This document shows, in pieces, positions 39,024-50,887 of a stretch of 64,000 nucleotides of DNA. The position numbers and the translations under genes were made by a program. Under the pieces are notes generated by a model, which was given only the letters and a program-made list of their open reading frames with translations, did not search any database and was not told where the DNA came from. How positions within the stretch are numbered: position 1 is the stretch's first letter; each line of letters begins with the position of its first letter. The stretch comes from Azolla caroliniana (Eukaryota; Plantae; Polypodiophyta): the NCBI GenBank assembly GCA_043228905.1, contig JBHGNT010000002.1, positions 19,530,001 to 19,594,000 of the forward strand, written 5' to 3'.

Positions 39024-39465
39024 TAGACTAATGTAAGCATTAGATAAAGATAGAATATAGATCTAGATAGAAAGGAGAGAGAGAAAGAAGGGTGCCGATC
39101 TACCCGACCACCCCCGAGCGAAGGGATGGAGACGGACTCAAGCCTCAATCGGCGTCCCATACCACCGCCGTGGCGTCGAGTCGTACCTGGTTGGCGCGCT
39201 CGCTACAAGAGTTGACCCATCACAAGACAGAGTCTCGACATAGTCAACAAGATGATCAAATGAGGGTAGCTAGGCCTCTTATTTCTAGCGATACCCAAGG
39301 CCCCCATCCATGTTCACACTTGGCCTAATGGGTTTTCTCAATCCCGAGGATTAAAAGTAATCCTCCCCTTCTTTACACTCTTGTTTAACCCTCACACTTA
39401 TCCATGTGTATAGAATGCTACGGTAAATTCTGACCACGGGATATTATATGGTCATGCCCGTAACA
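39024..39465 (-). mobile_element. Partial LTR of family F, inverted relative to 35063-35724
   Basis: Reverse complement of 35063-~35505 (TGTTACGGGCATGACC...). The 3' part is missing. Confidence 0.85.
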
Positions 39466-39594
39466 GACTCGTCCATAGTTTCCGACTCCTCGATGTTGCA
39501 GTTGGTAGCTATCTCTTCTTCTTGAATCGTACAAACCCCAACTGGGTTTCCTTCTCCAATGTCCAGAATGTCGGGCAGTCGTGCCCAAAACCGT

Positions 39595-42500
39595 TGTCGT
39601 GAGGATTTTCGACCATGGTGAGAAAACCCGAGAGGAACGAAGAAAGTGAGATGTGCAACATTGCACATATACTTAGGAAAATTGTAACATAGGAGTAAAT
39701 AGACAAATGTAAGAAGGAAAGGTAAAGGGGGGGGGGGTGTCAAAATGTGCATGTGCAATGTGTGTGCACACAAAGGCTATTAATTGTGCATATGCAAAAT
39801 AAAAGGGAAAAGAAAGGGTGGAAAGGATGTATAGAAGCTCGTGTAAAAAGTAAGAGAGAGGAGAGATAAAACGTAGAGGGGAGTCAGGCACAGAAGTTTT
39901 AGAGATAGAATTATATATTATATAAGAGAGGGTTAATGGGCTAGTGGATAGTCACATTGACTTTTAGCTAGAGGTGCACGGTTCAAATCTAGTCTTCAAT
40001 GCAATGTGATTTAAGGAATTTGATTCCTTTTTGCATTAAAGATGAAATTGGTGACCCCTCTTCCTTTTTTCCTATAAAAGGAGGTCGAAGGGTGCTCATT
40101 TGGAGAGGACGTTTTGGGAGGAGGAGACTATCGCCATTTTTTTCTTCGGAGCTCTTCATCTTCTTCTTCACCACTTCTCTTCATCTCATACCCCTTCATC
40201 CCCTCATCACCATGTGCTTGTCTTCTTCACGTCAGCACTCGACGTGTTCGTGAGCCCAAGCTTCGTTGGTTCGCCCCGTTTGTCGTTGCGAGCCTGTGTG
40301 CTCGCCGTTCGGGTGGTCGTGGTTCGTTGGGTTGGCATTTTGGAGGTGCTCAAGTGTTCATCTTCGCTGTGTTCGGTTTGCTCTTGTCTCTAAGGGCATT
40401 TAGTATTTATGTTTTGATTGAGCTTGTGGGTGACTAGAAGTTGCCATTGTAGTCAAACCCTATTTTATAAAGGGTCCTCTAGCATTGGAATCGAACACGT
40501 ATTTATTTCTTTGGCCGATATCATTCGTGATTCTTTCTTTCTTTGTCTGTGTCTTCCTTGTACGTTCGGCCGTCTTGTGATGAGGGAGCGTTTCGGGCGT
40601 GCCCATGCACCTCTCCTCCTCATAAAGACGTTGACGAGTAAGGATCAACGAAAGCCACCGCCTCACAAAACAAAGGGCAACGAGCCCTTGCTCAGAGAGG
40701 ATTTGTAGAGAGAGTTCGTAGAGTAGATTCGTAGAGAGAGTTTGTAGAGTGGGTTCGAAGAGAGAATTCGTAGAGTGGATTCGTAGAGAGATTCATAGAG
40801 AGAGTTCGTGGAGTGGGTTCGTAGAGAGGATTCGTAGAGAGTGTTTTTAGAGTGGGTTCGTAGAGTGAGGATTCATAGAGAGAGTTCGTAGAGTGAGTTC
40901 GTAGAGAAGATTCGTAGAGAGGATTCATAGAGGGGATTCGTAGAGTGAGGATTCGTAGAGAGGATTTGTAGAGTGAGGATTCGTAGAGTGAAGATTCGTA
41001 GAGTGGGTTCAAAGAGTGCTTTATATTTAGAAGATTTAAAATAAATAAATAAATAAATATTTATCCCTTGAGTACTCCCTAGTCCAAGATCCCTGTGGTC
41101 CTGCCCAAGTAACACATGCGCGCGAAACTTCGCGACATAAATTGGCGAACCCGACGTGAAAGGGCGGCAAGGGAGAACCAAGATGCGAGGAGGAGAACTC
41201 GCTGAAGTTATGGCGGCGGCGGTGGACCGCTTGGTAAATGCTCGAGAAGGCATCATCGGCCTAGACCGGGCCATAGAGACGGTGGTCAACACAATGGGTC
41301 AGTTCAATGGAAGAGATACCACGAGCTACTTGGATGCCTATAAGGCCGAAATGCTTATGCGAAACGTCCCCGAAGATAGGCGGCTAACCGGATTTGCTAG
41401 AGTTGTAACACTAAGTATCCACGCAGAGGTACTCGAGATCCAAGCGGACTGTTGCAATTGGGTGGAGTTTGAAGATAGACTCCTCGAGAAGTACGGCCTT
41501 GATGACTCACTCATAATTTCAAAAGAGGATCTAATGGAGTGGGTTGAGCTTCTCGGAAAGGGGAGAAATACTATTGTACTTTTACAAGAATTTGAGAAGC
41601 ACTTCACGCGACTCTCGGCTCTCAATAGGATGGTGCTTGACACAAGCAAGGTCCTACTATTCATAAAGGCTGTTGATGCACGAGACCGAGAGAAGGTGGG
41701 GTCCCTCCTCGAAACTGATGATGGGCTCACGATGGATTGGGCTATGGTAAAACGGGTTTGTAGTCGCTTCAATAAGAGAAGGGAATGGAACGATGGGTCT
41801 CCCTTGAGCGGCTAAACATCCACAGGCTGCATTAGTGAGACACACGAACCCAAGGGTGGTAGAATACCTCAAGAAAGAGAGCAAGCGAATGCAAGGTTCG
41901 TCCCCGAGAGAAACGTGGTTGAAGCACCATCGGGAGGGTAAAAAATAGACGAGCTCACAAAGATGGTGTGAGATCTCCAAATAGTGCAAGCTAGGAGAGA
42001 GAGTGGCGGCCCTCAAGATCGACGTCCCCCATTCACGCAAAGATGTATGTGGTGCGACAACCTTGACCACCTACGAAGGGAGTGTGGAGACTTTCAAGAG
42101 GCCCTAAGAAGGGATATTGTCTATCTTTGGAACAATAGGGTCTATTCGACGGAGACAAGGTGCCCCTTGGGATTGAATCAAGGCCGAGGGGGCATGAGAA
42201 GGCTAATGGAGGAGGCCGAAGCACGACATGTTGAAGCCGTCCACTACTCAGCGTCGGCTGGGATCCGAGTGGGGAAAGAGGTGAGGAGGCAAGAGGAGAA
42301 AGAGTTTGCTTTTTGGCCGTCAATCCTTGGCAGTGTCTCTAAGGGAAAGTTCAAAAGAGAAGAAGCGGACAAAGCAGAAAGAAGGGTCCAAGAAGCAATC
42401 GGGTGGAAGGATCCGGTGGAAGAAAAGACATGCTTAGTGTAAGCCGCTTGCCAGAACTACGAAGTAATGGTAGAAGAGAAGAAGGTAGGAAAAGATGAGG

Positions 42501-45393
42501 TAGCCATGGACAACAACGTCCGGGTGGAGGTGGCTACGAACATGACATCGACGAGCGATGGTGCCGGGACCTTACCCACACTGGTTCTAGAGACTCCGGT
42601 GGCCGGCCCGAGAGTCGGCGTGAAACCTAGAGTGACGGATGGTGGCGGCGGCAAGGCGGGTGACCGAAACGAGAACGAGGAAGATCCCTCGACATTGGGG
42701 CTGGAGACTTCGGCGGTTGAGTACCAACATGAGACCGGAGAGATGGGCGGTGGCCGTGAGGATGCGAGGCCCAAAGCAGGCATGTGCGGAAGGACCGAAA
42801 GGGAGGCCGGGAGCGGCAAAGAGGAGAGAGTCGGGAGCCGACCCGACCGGAAGACGAACCAGTCGGTAATCCGACATGACTGGAAGATGATGTGGAAGAA
42901 GATTGGAGCGGGGTTCGGTCAACTGAGCTCGAACCGAAGAAGAGCCGGCAAGGCCAAGATTGTTTGGTCGAACTTGTACCGGCCTGTTACGATCATGGAA
43001 GAGAGCCGACCGAACCGGAACCCGATCGACTGAGACCGATCCGGGCAAGGGCTATGCCGGCATGATTGGAGGTCGAGGTACACGAGCCATGACACGCTCT
43101 GGGAGCCGGTGAGCGTGAAAAGGAGGCCAAGCGGACGCAACGACTACGGTTCGATGGAAGACTGGAAACAAGAGGAACCCTCAACACCTATTCCAGAGAC
43201 TTCGGCGGTTGCGGATCGACGTAAGACCGGGGAGACGGCGGGTGGTGGCGAGGAGTCGGAAGCCAGAATTGACGAGGTTACCGGAATGGGTATTTGATAC
43301 GGATTGAAGGACGAGCGGGGCCAAGACGATAACCTGGAATCGGAAGGGGCTATGGCAACGAAGGGAGAAGAGGCCGACGCGGAGGACGGGACTATGGTGG
43401 GAGAAGCGTGTAACTCACTACGACGCGATACGGAGCATGCATTACGATCGACGGAGGGCCAAAGTACGAGCATGCACTCGGAAGAGCGGCAATGACTGAC
43501 CGGTGATAGCGGTCCGGTCGAGTCTTTGAGAGGCAAATACAAGACGAAGGACAAAGTGGTGAGGTGCCGGGATCGACGGATGGACGGCGTGAGCGGAAGG
43601 ATGTGTCTTGGAAACCGGAGGAGGTGCGCGGAGAACAAAGGGCTACGTGCTGGAAAGAGGAAGCGCGGCTTTCCAGAGGGCATGCAAAGCCAAGCGGGCC
43701 AAGAGGGCGCGAGTCGAGACGAAGTGGTAACGAGAGCTGCAAACGACGCTGAAGCGGGGTACACCGACACAGATGTCGGGATGGAGGTATGCTCTATCGT
43801 GAGAGAGCACGATGAGCAAGGGAGAAGCGAGGAGCGCGTAATGGGGTCACGTAAGGACCAAAGAACGAGTGCATATTCGGAGGACAATATCGACGCACGG
43901 GAAGAGCCTACGGAAGGCACGCGTGGAGCGGAGAGAGTTGGAACGCCGAGGTGTTCGGGACGTGGAGACGATCGAACCGAAGGAGGGACATACGCGGCAT
44001 GTGACGGGTGGATTTTGGCATGCGATCGGAGAGATCAAGAGCGCATCCGGAGGACAAAGGAAGAGTGGCCGGATTGGCAATGTTGTTTGGGAGGACCGAT
44101 CGGGGAAGAAGGTGTGAGCGTTAGATATGGAGTATCGGATGGAGCCGACAGTTCGAGGACGTGCGGCGGACTTGGCGGCTCGAGAGGCTATGGTGGTTCG
44201 AGTGGAAGGGATGGGCGTGCTCAAAATGGAACTTATAGAGATAGAATTATATATTATATAAGAGAGGGTTAATGGGCTAGTGGATAGTCACATTGATTTC
44301 TAACTAGAGGTGCATGGTTCAAATCTAGTCTTACAATGCAATGTGATTTAAGGAATTTGATTCCTTTTTGCATTAAAGAAGAAATTGGCGACCCCCCTTC
44401 CTTTTTTCCTATAAAAGGAGGTCGAAGGGGGCTCATTTGGAGAGGACGTTTTGGGAGGGGGAGACTATCACCATTTTTTTCTTAGGAGCTCTTCATCATC
44501 TTCTTCACCACTTCTATTCATCTCATACCCCTTCATCCCCTCATCACCACGTGCGCGTCTTCTTCGCGTCGGCACTTGAAGTGTTCGTGAGCCCAAGCTT
44601 CGTTGGTTCGACGTTGGTTCGCCCCGTTCGTCGTTGCGAGCCCGTGTGCTCGCCGTTCGGGTGGTAGTGGTTCGTTGGGGTTGGCATTTTGGAGGTGCTC
44701 GTGTGTTCATCTTCGCCGTGTTTGGTTTGCTCTTGTCTCTAAGGGCATTTAGTATTTGTTTTTTGATTGAGCTTGTGGTTGACTAGAAGTTGCCATTGTA
44801 GTCAAACCCTATTTTATAAAGGGTCCTCTAGCGTTGGAATCGAACACACATTTATTTCTTTGGCCGATATCATTCGTGATTCTTTCTTTCTTTATCTGTG
44901 TCTTCCTTGTACGTTCGGCCGTCTTGTGACGAGGGAGCTTTTCGGGCGTGCCCATGCACCTCTCCTCCTCATTAAGACGTCGATGAGTCGTGATCAACGA
45001 AAACCACCGACCTCACAAAACAAAGGGCAACGAGCCCTTGCTCAGAGAGGATTCGTAGAGAGAGTTCGTAGAGTGGGTTTGTAGAGAGGATTCGTAGAGA
45101 GTTCGTAGAGTGAGTTCGTAGGGAGGATTCATCGAGAAGATTCGTAGAGAGGATTTGTAGAGGGGATTCGTAGAATGAGGATTTGTAGAGAGGATTCGTA
45201 GAGTGAGGATTCGTAGAGTGAAGAGAGAAGATTCGTAGAGTGAGGATTCGTAGAGTGGGTTCGAAGAGTGCTTTATATTTATAAGATTTAAAATAAATAA
45301 ATAAATAAATAAGTATTTATCCCTTGAGTACTCCCTAGTCCAAGATCCCCGTGGTCCCACCCAAGTAACACACGCGCACCAAACTTCGAGACA
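39595..45393 (+). mobile_element. Element D: non-autonomous (gag-only) Gypsy with tRNA-Trp PBS and 4-bp TSD CCGT
   Basis: 5' LTR 39595-41137 (TGTCG...CGACA). PBS TGGCGAACCCGACGTGA at 41143-41159. gag 41156-42480 is homologous to B and includes CMWCDNLDHLRREC. The 3' LTR ~44236-45393 lacks its first ~300 bp. TSD CCGT at 39591-39594 and 45394-45397. No intact RT or integrase. Confidence 0.85.
40697..41015 (+). repeat. Minisatellite (GATTCGTAGAGAG / GAGTGGGTTCGTA-type 13-15-mers) in the LTR of D
   Basis: About 20 degenerate units. A shorter version lies at 45045-45270 in the other LTR. Confidence 0.9.
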
Positions 45394-46268
45394 CCGTCAC
45401 CTCTCTGATCCCGATGTCATCCTCAGTTGGACTTACTCCACACCTTCTCTCGTGGTACCCTGGTGCTGTTCCTTGGCCTCTGCATGGGCCACATACGTCT
45501 CATTCGAAAGGTCGACTAGCTCTGAATCTCCGGAATCCGATCACGTGTGCAAGATCTTTTCCTCTTCCTCGATCTTCGCCTTCAGAGCCTCGTACGCTTC
45601 ATGGACCAAGGCTTCGACATCGAGCTTCGCCAATACTTCTCCCTGCACGCCTACTCCCCGTTGTCGTGAAGAATTTCGGCCAGAGGCGGAAACTGGGAAA
45701 CATTGGCTACATCGGCGGGGTGCAGCGTGTGTACGCACCCGTGTACATTTAGTGTGAATATCGAGGGCGCCTTTATGGCGCCGAAGAGTAGTCAAGTCAG
45801 GACAGACGATCCCATGTAAGTCGGGATTTGTCCCACATTGTAACGCATCCCTTTCCTTGTTCTATAAAAGGAAGGGAATGCCCTTTGTGTAAGGGTTGCC
45901 CGTTTTGCACTAGAGGGTATACCGTTAGGTTTAGAGTTAGGTTTCTTCTTCTCCTTCTTCTCCCCCTTTGTGTTTTGCTTAGGGTTTGCTTTGGTTCGGC
46001 CTCCTGTGCAAGACCCCGCTCGGCGCGACGAGCTGAGAGCTCCCTGACGGCGGCTTGGCAGCAGACGACTACTGTAACCTACCTCAGTCCGGCTCGAAGC
46101 CGAGAATGTATTCTTTCTTTATATATATATATACATATACGTTTGTGTCTGTCTGTGTATATTCGCGTCTTCGTTGGTGTCGGGTGCTTCCCCTTTCCTG
46201 CGTTTCCTACGTTTCCTGTACTTAAGGGTGTGAGTCGAGTTGGCCTGTGTGTGTGCGTGAGTCGGTGT

Positions 46269-46329
<61 letters not shown>

Positions 46330-49300
46330 CCTTCGGTTGCTTCCGGTGTGCTCTTGGGATGTCCCGGAAACGGTGAAGCACGACTTCCCACGCTCCATCA
46401 CTCCCTAGTCCAAGACCCCCGTGGTCCCGCCTTTCTCCACGCACGCGCATAACAACGCGACATCTTTGGTGAACCCGACGTAAAAGGCGGCAAGGGAGGA
46501 TGGAGTCGGAAGACGACGACCTTGCGGAGATGGTGGCCGAAGTGGTGTTGGAGTTGGCACGAGTGGTGATGAGGCGAGAAGCGGCGCAACAAGCGGTTGA
46601 GCGAGTGGTCAAAAGAGTCGGCCATTTCAACGGGGACAGAGTCCCATCTTACTTGGAAGCCTACAACGCGGAAATGGAGGAGCGTGGCGTAGACGAGGCG
46701 TTGAGGCTGGAGTTCTTCTGTCGGGTCGTGGCTGTCCGGATGCATGCGGAAATAAAGGAGCTCCGTGAGGCTCATAGTTCGTGGGAAGCCTTCGAAGAGG
46801 CGCTCCTGAAGGCTTACAGAGAACTGGTCGAAGGTCGGAAGGGTGTGCCAACGGCTAGAAAATGAGCGAGCCGAGAAGGCTAAGAGGAAGGTACGCGACG
46901 GCGTGCCATCACAGCGGGAAGAGGCCGAACGGCAAAGAGAGTCGGCAAGGGTCGGCGTTGGGGCCAGGATTGCGGAGGTGTACGCAACTCTCGAGGCGAT
47001 GCTCGAGGAAGAGGAAAGACGGAGGCCGCAAACCGAGACTGAGGAGGCGGACCTGCCCCACGCAGCGGCGGAAGATCGGTACGATGGTACCACGGGAGAG
47101 GGTGCGGAACGAAACGGCCTCTCGACTTGTGGAGATAGAACGGCCAAGGACGAGGCCGAGATACAGATCGCGGAACCGGTGTCATGAAGAAAACCGTCCA
47201 AGGGTGGAATTGGGGCACCAAGGCGTGGGAACTGGCTCTTCACGCACGTGCGCGCCAAGTTGTACATAGAGGCGAATTAGGTGCCTAGGAGGATGGAAGT
47301 GGTTAGATACGGTAGGTGGGGATTTAATGCCGAACGGCTCCTTCTTGACCGATAAAAGGAGGAGGACGGGGAGGAAGAAAGGATCGCGCGGAGAGGACGA
47401 AGTGCGGGCGGACCGATTCTGGACGCTTCTCTCTGTTCTCCTTCTCTTTTTCTCCATAGCTTTTCCTGTGCAGGTTTTCGAGGAGGCTCGCGCTGTTTCG
47501 AGGAACGCCCGAGTGCTTCCGGCAGCACCTCCGACCTGCTCCCTTTTGTGTGACGCAGTGAACAGGCATCGGCATCTGTTCGCCGGCCTGTTCGGTTGTA
47601 ACCATCCTGTGCCCCATCGCGGGTTGTAGCTTCTTGATCAGATATTTGCTCATATATATATACATATATATTCATTTGTTTGCGTCTACCTGTGTCGGTG
47701 TCTATTCGCGTTCTCTGTGTTGAAGGGCCGTGTCCCTGTGTATCCCCGGTCCCGCGTAACCGGTCCTCTCTCTTTCTCCACCCTCGCTTGCTCTTCGGTT
47801 CAAGACCCCCGCGGTCCCGCCTCGTTTCTATACGCACTCGCGTAATATCGCGACATCTTGGTGAACCCGACGTGAAAGAGGCGGCAGAAGAGCAGGAAAT
47901 GAGGGGATCGGATCTTGCAGAGGCCATGGCTTCGGCCGTTGACCGGTTAGTAAACGCACGCGAGGGCTCCGGCGCCCTCGACAGAGCCATTGAGGCGGTC
48001 GTCGGTACAATCGGCCGATTCAGCGGAAAGGATGCCACGAAGTACTTGGCATCCTACGGTGCAGAGATGCTGATGCGGGACATTCCGGAAGAAAGGCGTC
48101 TTGCCGGATTTCCTCGAGTGGCGATGCCGAGCATCCATGCGGAGGTGCTCGAGGTGCGGGCGGAGAGCCGTACCTGGGAGGAGTTCGAAGGTCGGCTCCT
48201 AGAGAAATACGGGCTGGACGACGCGCTCCGGCTTTCGAAACGAAGCTTCATGGAATGGGTGGAGTCCCCCGGGAAGGGAAGAAACGCGTCGGCACTCCTC
48301 CGGGAGTTTGAGGAAAACTTTGCGCGCCTTTCGACGCTTGACCGAACGATCCTGGATACAAGCCGGGTCCTACTGTTCGTCAAGTCGGTGGACGAGCGGG
48401 ATCGGGATCACGTGGGCGCCCTGCTGGAAACCGAAGACGGGCTGACGACCGACTGGGCGGCGGTTAAGAGAGCCTGCGGTCGTTTCGACAAAAGACGAGA
48501 ATGGGCGGATAACGGGGCGACCGGGTCGGGCTCGGGCGCAGCAAGGAAGCTTGAACCGGCGCAGCCGGTGCGAAAGGGAGAGACCCGGGAGTGGCTGGAA
48601 ACCGGTTCAGCTTCGACCGGTGTGATCAGAGGCTCGACCGGAGGAGCTGCGTTGGAGGAATTGACGAGGGCGATAAAGGACCTCCAAATTGCACAAGCCC
48701 GTAGGGAAGGCGGCGAACCGGCTCGCGACCGACGGCCGGCAGCGGGAAACAGATGCATGTGGTGCGACGAGGTCGGCCACATTCGGAAGGACTGCGGCGA
48801 TTTCGCGGAGGCGCTGAAGAACCGGGTGGTGTACCTGTGGGAAGGCCGGGTGCACGCGAGCGACACTAGGAGGGCCCTAAACCGAAACGACGGGCGAGGA
48901 GGAATGAAGAGACTGATGGAAGAGGCGGCAGCCCGACATGCGGAAACCGTCCACTACTCGGCGTCGGCCGGCATTCGGGTCGGGGGCAGCGAGGCCCGAA
49001 AGGAAAGCAAAGCCGGATTCTGGTCGGCGATGCTGGAAGGCCTCGCCGGTACGCGGCTGAAAGGGGACGAAGCGGACCGCGCGGAGAAACGGGTCCGGGA
49101 GATAACCGGGTGGAGCGACCTGCCAGAACTACGAGGCTCTGGTAGTGTCATAACTAGACTCGAACCCATAACCTTTTGTTACACGGGTCGAGACTTTACC
49201 ATTAGGTTATGAATTGTAATTTGAAGGATATTATTTTCATTTAGGTTTTATTAGGAAATTGATGTATATTCCAGATTTCTCTGGAACATTCTAGAAACTT

Positions 49301-49435
49301 CAGGAGTATTCCTGAAGACACTATAAAAGGAGGCGCAAGGCATTAGTTCGAACCAAATCGGTTCAACGCCAGTCTTAAGCCTTCTAACTACTGTTGTATA
49401 TCTTCCTTCATATAATACATATATCTTTCGCATCA

Positions 49436-49481
<46 letters not shown>

Positions 49482-49717
49482 ACTCATTCCTTCTCTCAAA
49501 GTTCGACACCTCTCATAGTACTAATCCTTCTCTGTCTTAGTACTATTCCCCAACAATAGTACTAATCCTTCTTTTAGTACTAATTCCTTCTCTGCCTTAA
49601 TAGAGTTCCTGACAGTTTGAACCGATTTCCCTCGGTGCCTGTCTGGTCTTTTCTCTCCCTCTTCCTTCTGTCTCCCTCCTTTCCTATTAGTCTCTTATTC
49701 CCCTTTTCCTTCATCCC

Positions 49718-50887
49718 ATGGCCACCGTTAGCGCTGAAGAGTATCAATCCGTTTTCTCGGAATTTCAATGCTTGAAAGAGAAGTTTCATGCTTTGGAACA
49801 AGAAAATCAACGCTTGTTGGGGGATCTTCAGCAAATTTCCTTAGAAAAGCAGCAAACGCAACAACAGCATGGGGAACTTGCGTTACGCGTGCAACAACTC
49901 GAAGCAACCATCGTAGCAATGCAACAACAAGGGCACGGAGCACAAGGGATTCATAAAGAACCCAAGATTGGCCTTCCCACGAAGTTCGATGGAACGCGAT
50001 CGCAGTTTAGAGGGTTTCTTAACCAGGTACGGTTAGTTATTCAAATGCATCCGTCCCGATATCCCACCGATGCATCACGAGTGGGTTTAGTAGGCACGTT
50101 GTTAAATGGCTCAGCATTAGCATGGTTCGCTCCGCTACTAGAAAAGGAATCTCCAGTACTAAATAATTTTGAAGAATTCATAAGTGAGTTTAAAGCATGT
50201 TTTGGAGATACTGACAGCATAAGGACTGCAATCAATAAAATCCGGCGATTACGCCAAGGTGACCGTCCAGCCTCCGCATATGCTGCAGATTTCCGCCTAC
50301 TCGCCGCCGATATCCCCTGGGATGATCAAGCATTGATGGAGCAGTTCCGCTATGGTCTACGCAACGATGTCAAGGATTTACTCTTGACTTTCCCTGAAGA
50401 GCCAAAATCATTAACAGAAGCAATCAGTCGAGCGGTCAGATGTGACAACCGCCTCTTCGAGCGACGTTCGGAACGACAATTTCAGATGCCGAGGGCAAGA
50501 TCCGAGCCTACCTATGCCTCAGTGGTAGCGAAACCTTTTCAAAGGGAGTCACATAATGCGCCTCCAGTAAGTACTCCAACTCCAATGGAAATTGACACTA
50601 CACGTCGTCGTGGGCCGCTATCGGAGGAGGAAAAGCAACGACGCCGAACAAACCGATTATGCCTTTATTGCGGTGGACCAGGGCATATCGCGATAAACTG
50701 TCCCCATAGACCAAGAAGGCAGGTAAACCAAGTCGTTGTTAGTTCTGACTATACTAAACCCGAGTCTATTTCAGTAGGAATCTCTGATAGTCCTCATAGT
50801 CATAATAGTCCTAATAGTACTAATAGTCCGAATCTCGCAAACAAATTTGATATCCTTAGCCAATTAGAAGAAGAGTTAAACGACTAA
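49718..50887 (+). CDS. gag: Gag of element C (389 aa; capsid + CCHC zinc knuckle)
   Basis: PKIGLPTKFDGTRSQFRGFLNQ, LRQG...YAADFR, PMEID and CLYCGGPGHIAINC. Confidence 0.93.
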   Translation: MATVSAEEYQSVFSEFQCLKEKFHALEQENQRLLGDLQQISLEKQQTQQQHGELALRVQQLEATIVAMQQQGHGAQGIHKEPKIGLPTKFDGTRSQFRGFLNQVRLVIQMHPSRYPTDASRVGLVGTLLNGSALAWFAPLLEKESPVLNNFEEFISEFKACFGDTDSIRTAINKIRRLRQGDRPASAYAADFRLLAADIPWDDQALMEQFRYGLRNDVKDLLLTFPEEPKSLTEAISRAVRCDNRLFERRSERQFQMPRARSEPTYASVVAKPFQRESHNAPPVSTPTPMEIDTTRRRGPLSEEEKQRRRTNRLCLYCGGPGHIAINCPHRPRRQVNQVVVSSDYTKPESISVGISDSPHSHNSPNSTNSPNLANKFDILSQLEEELND

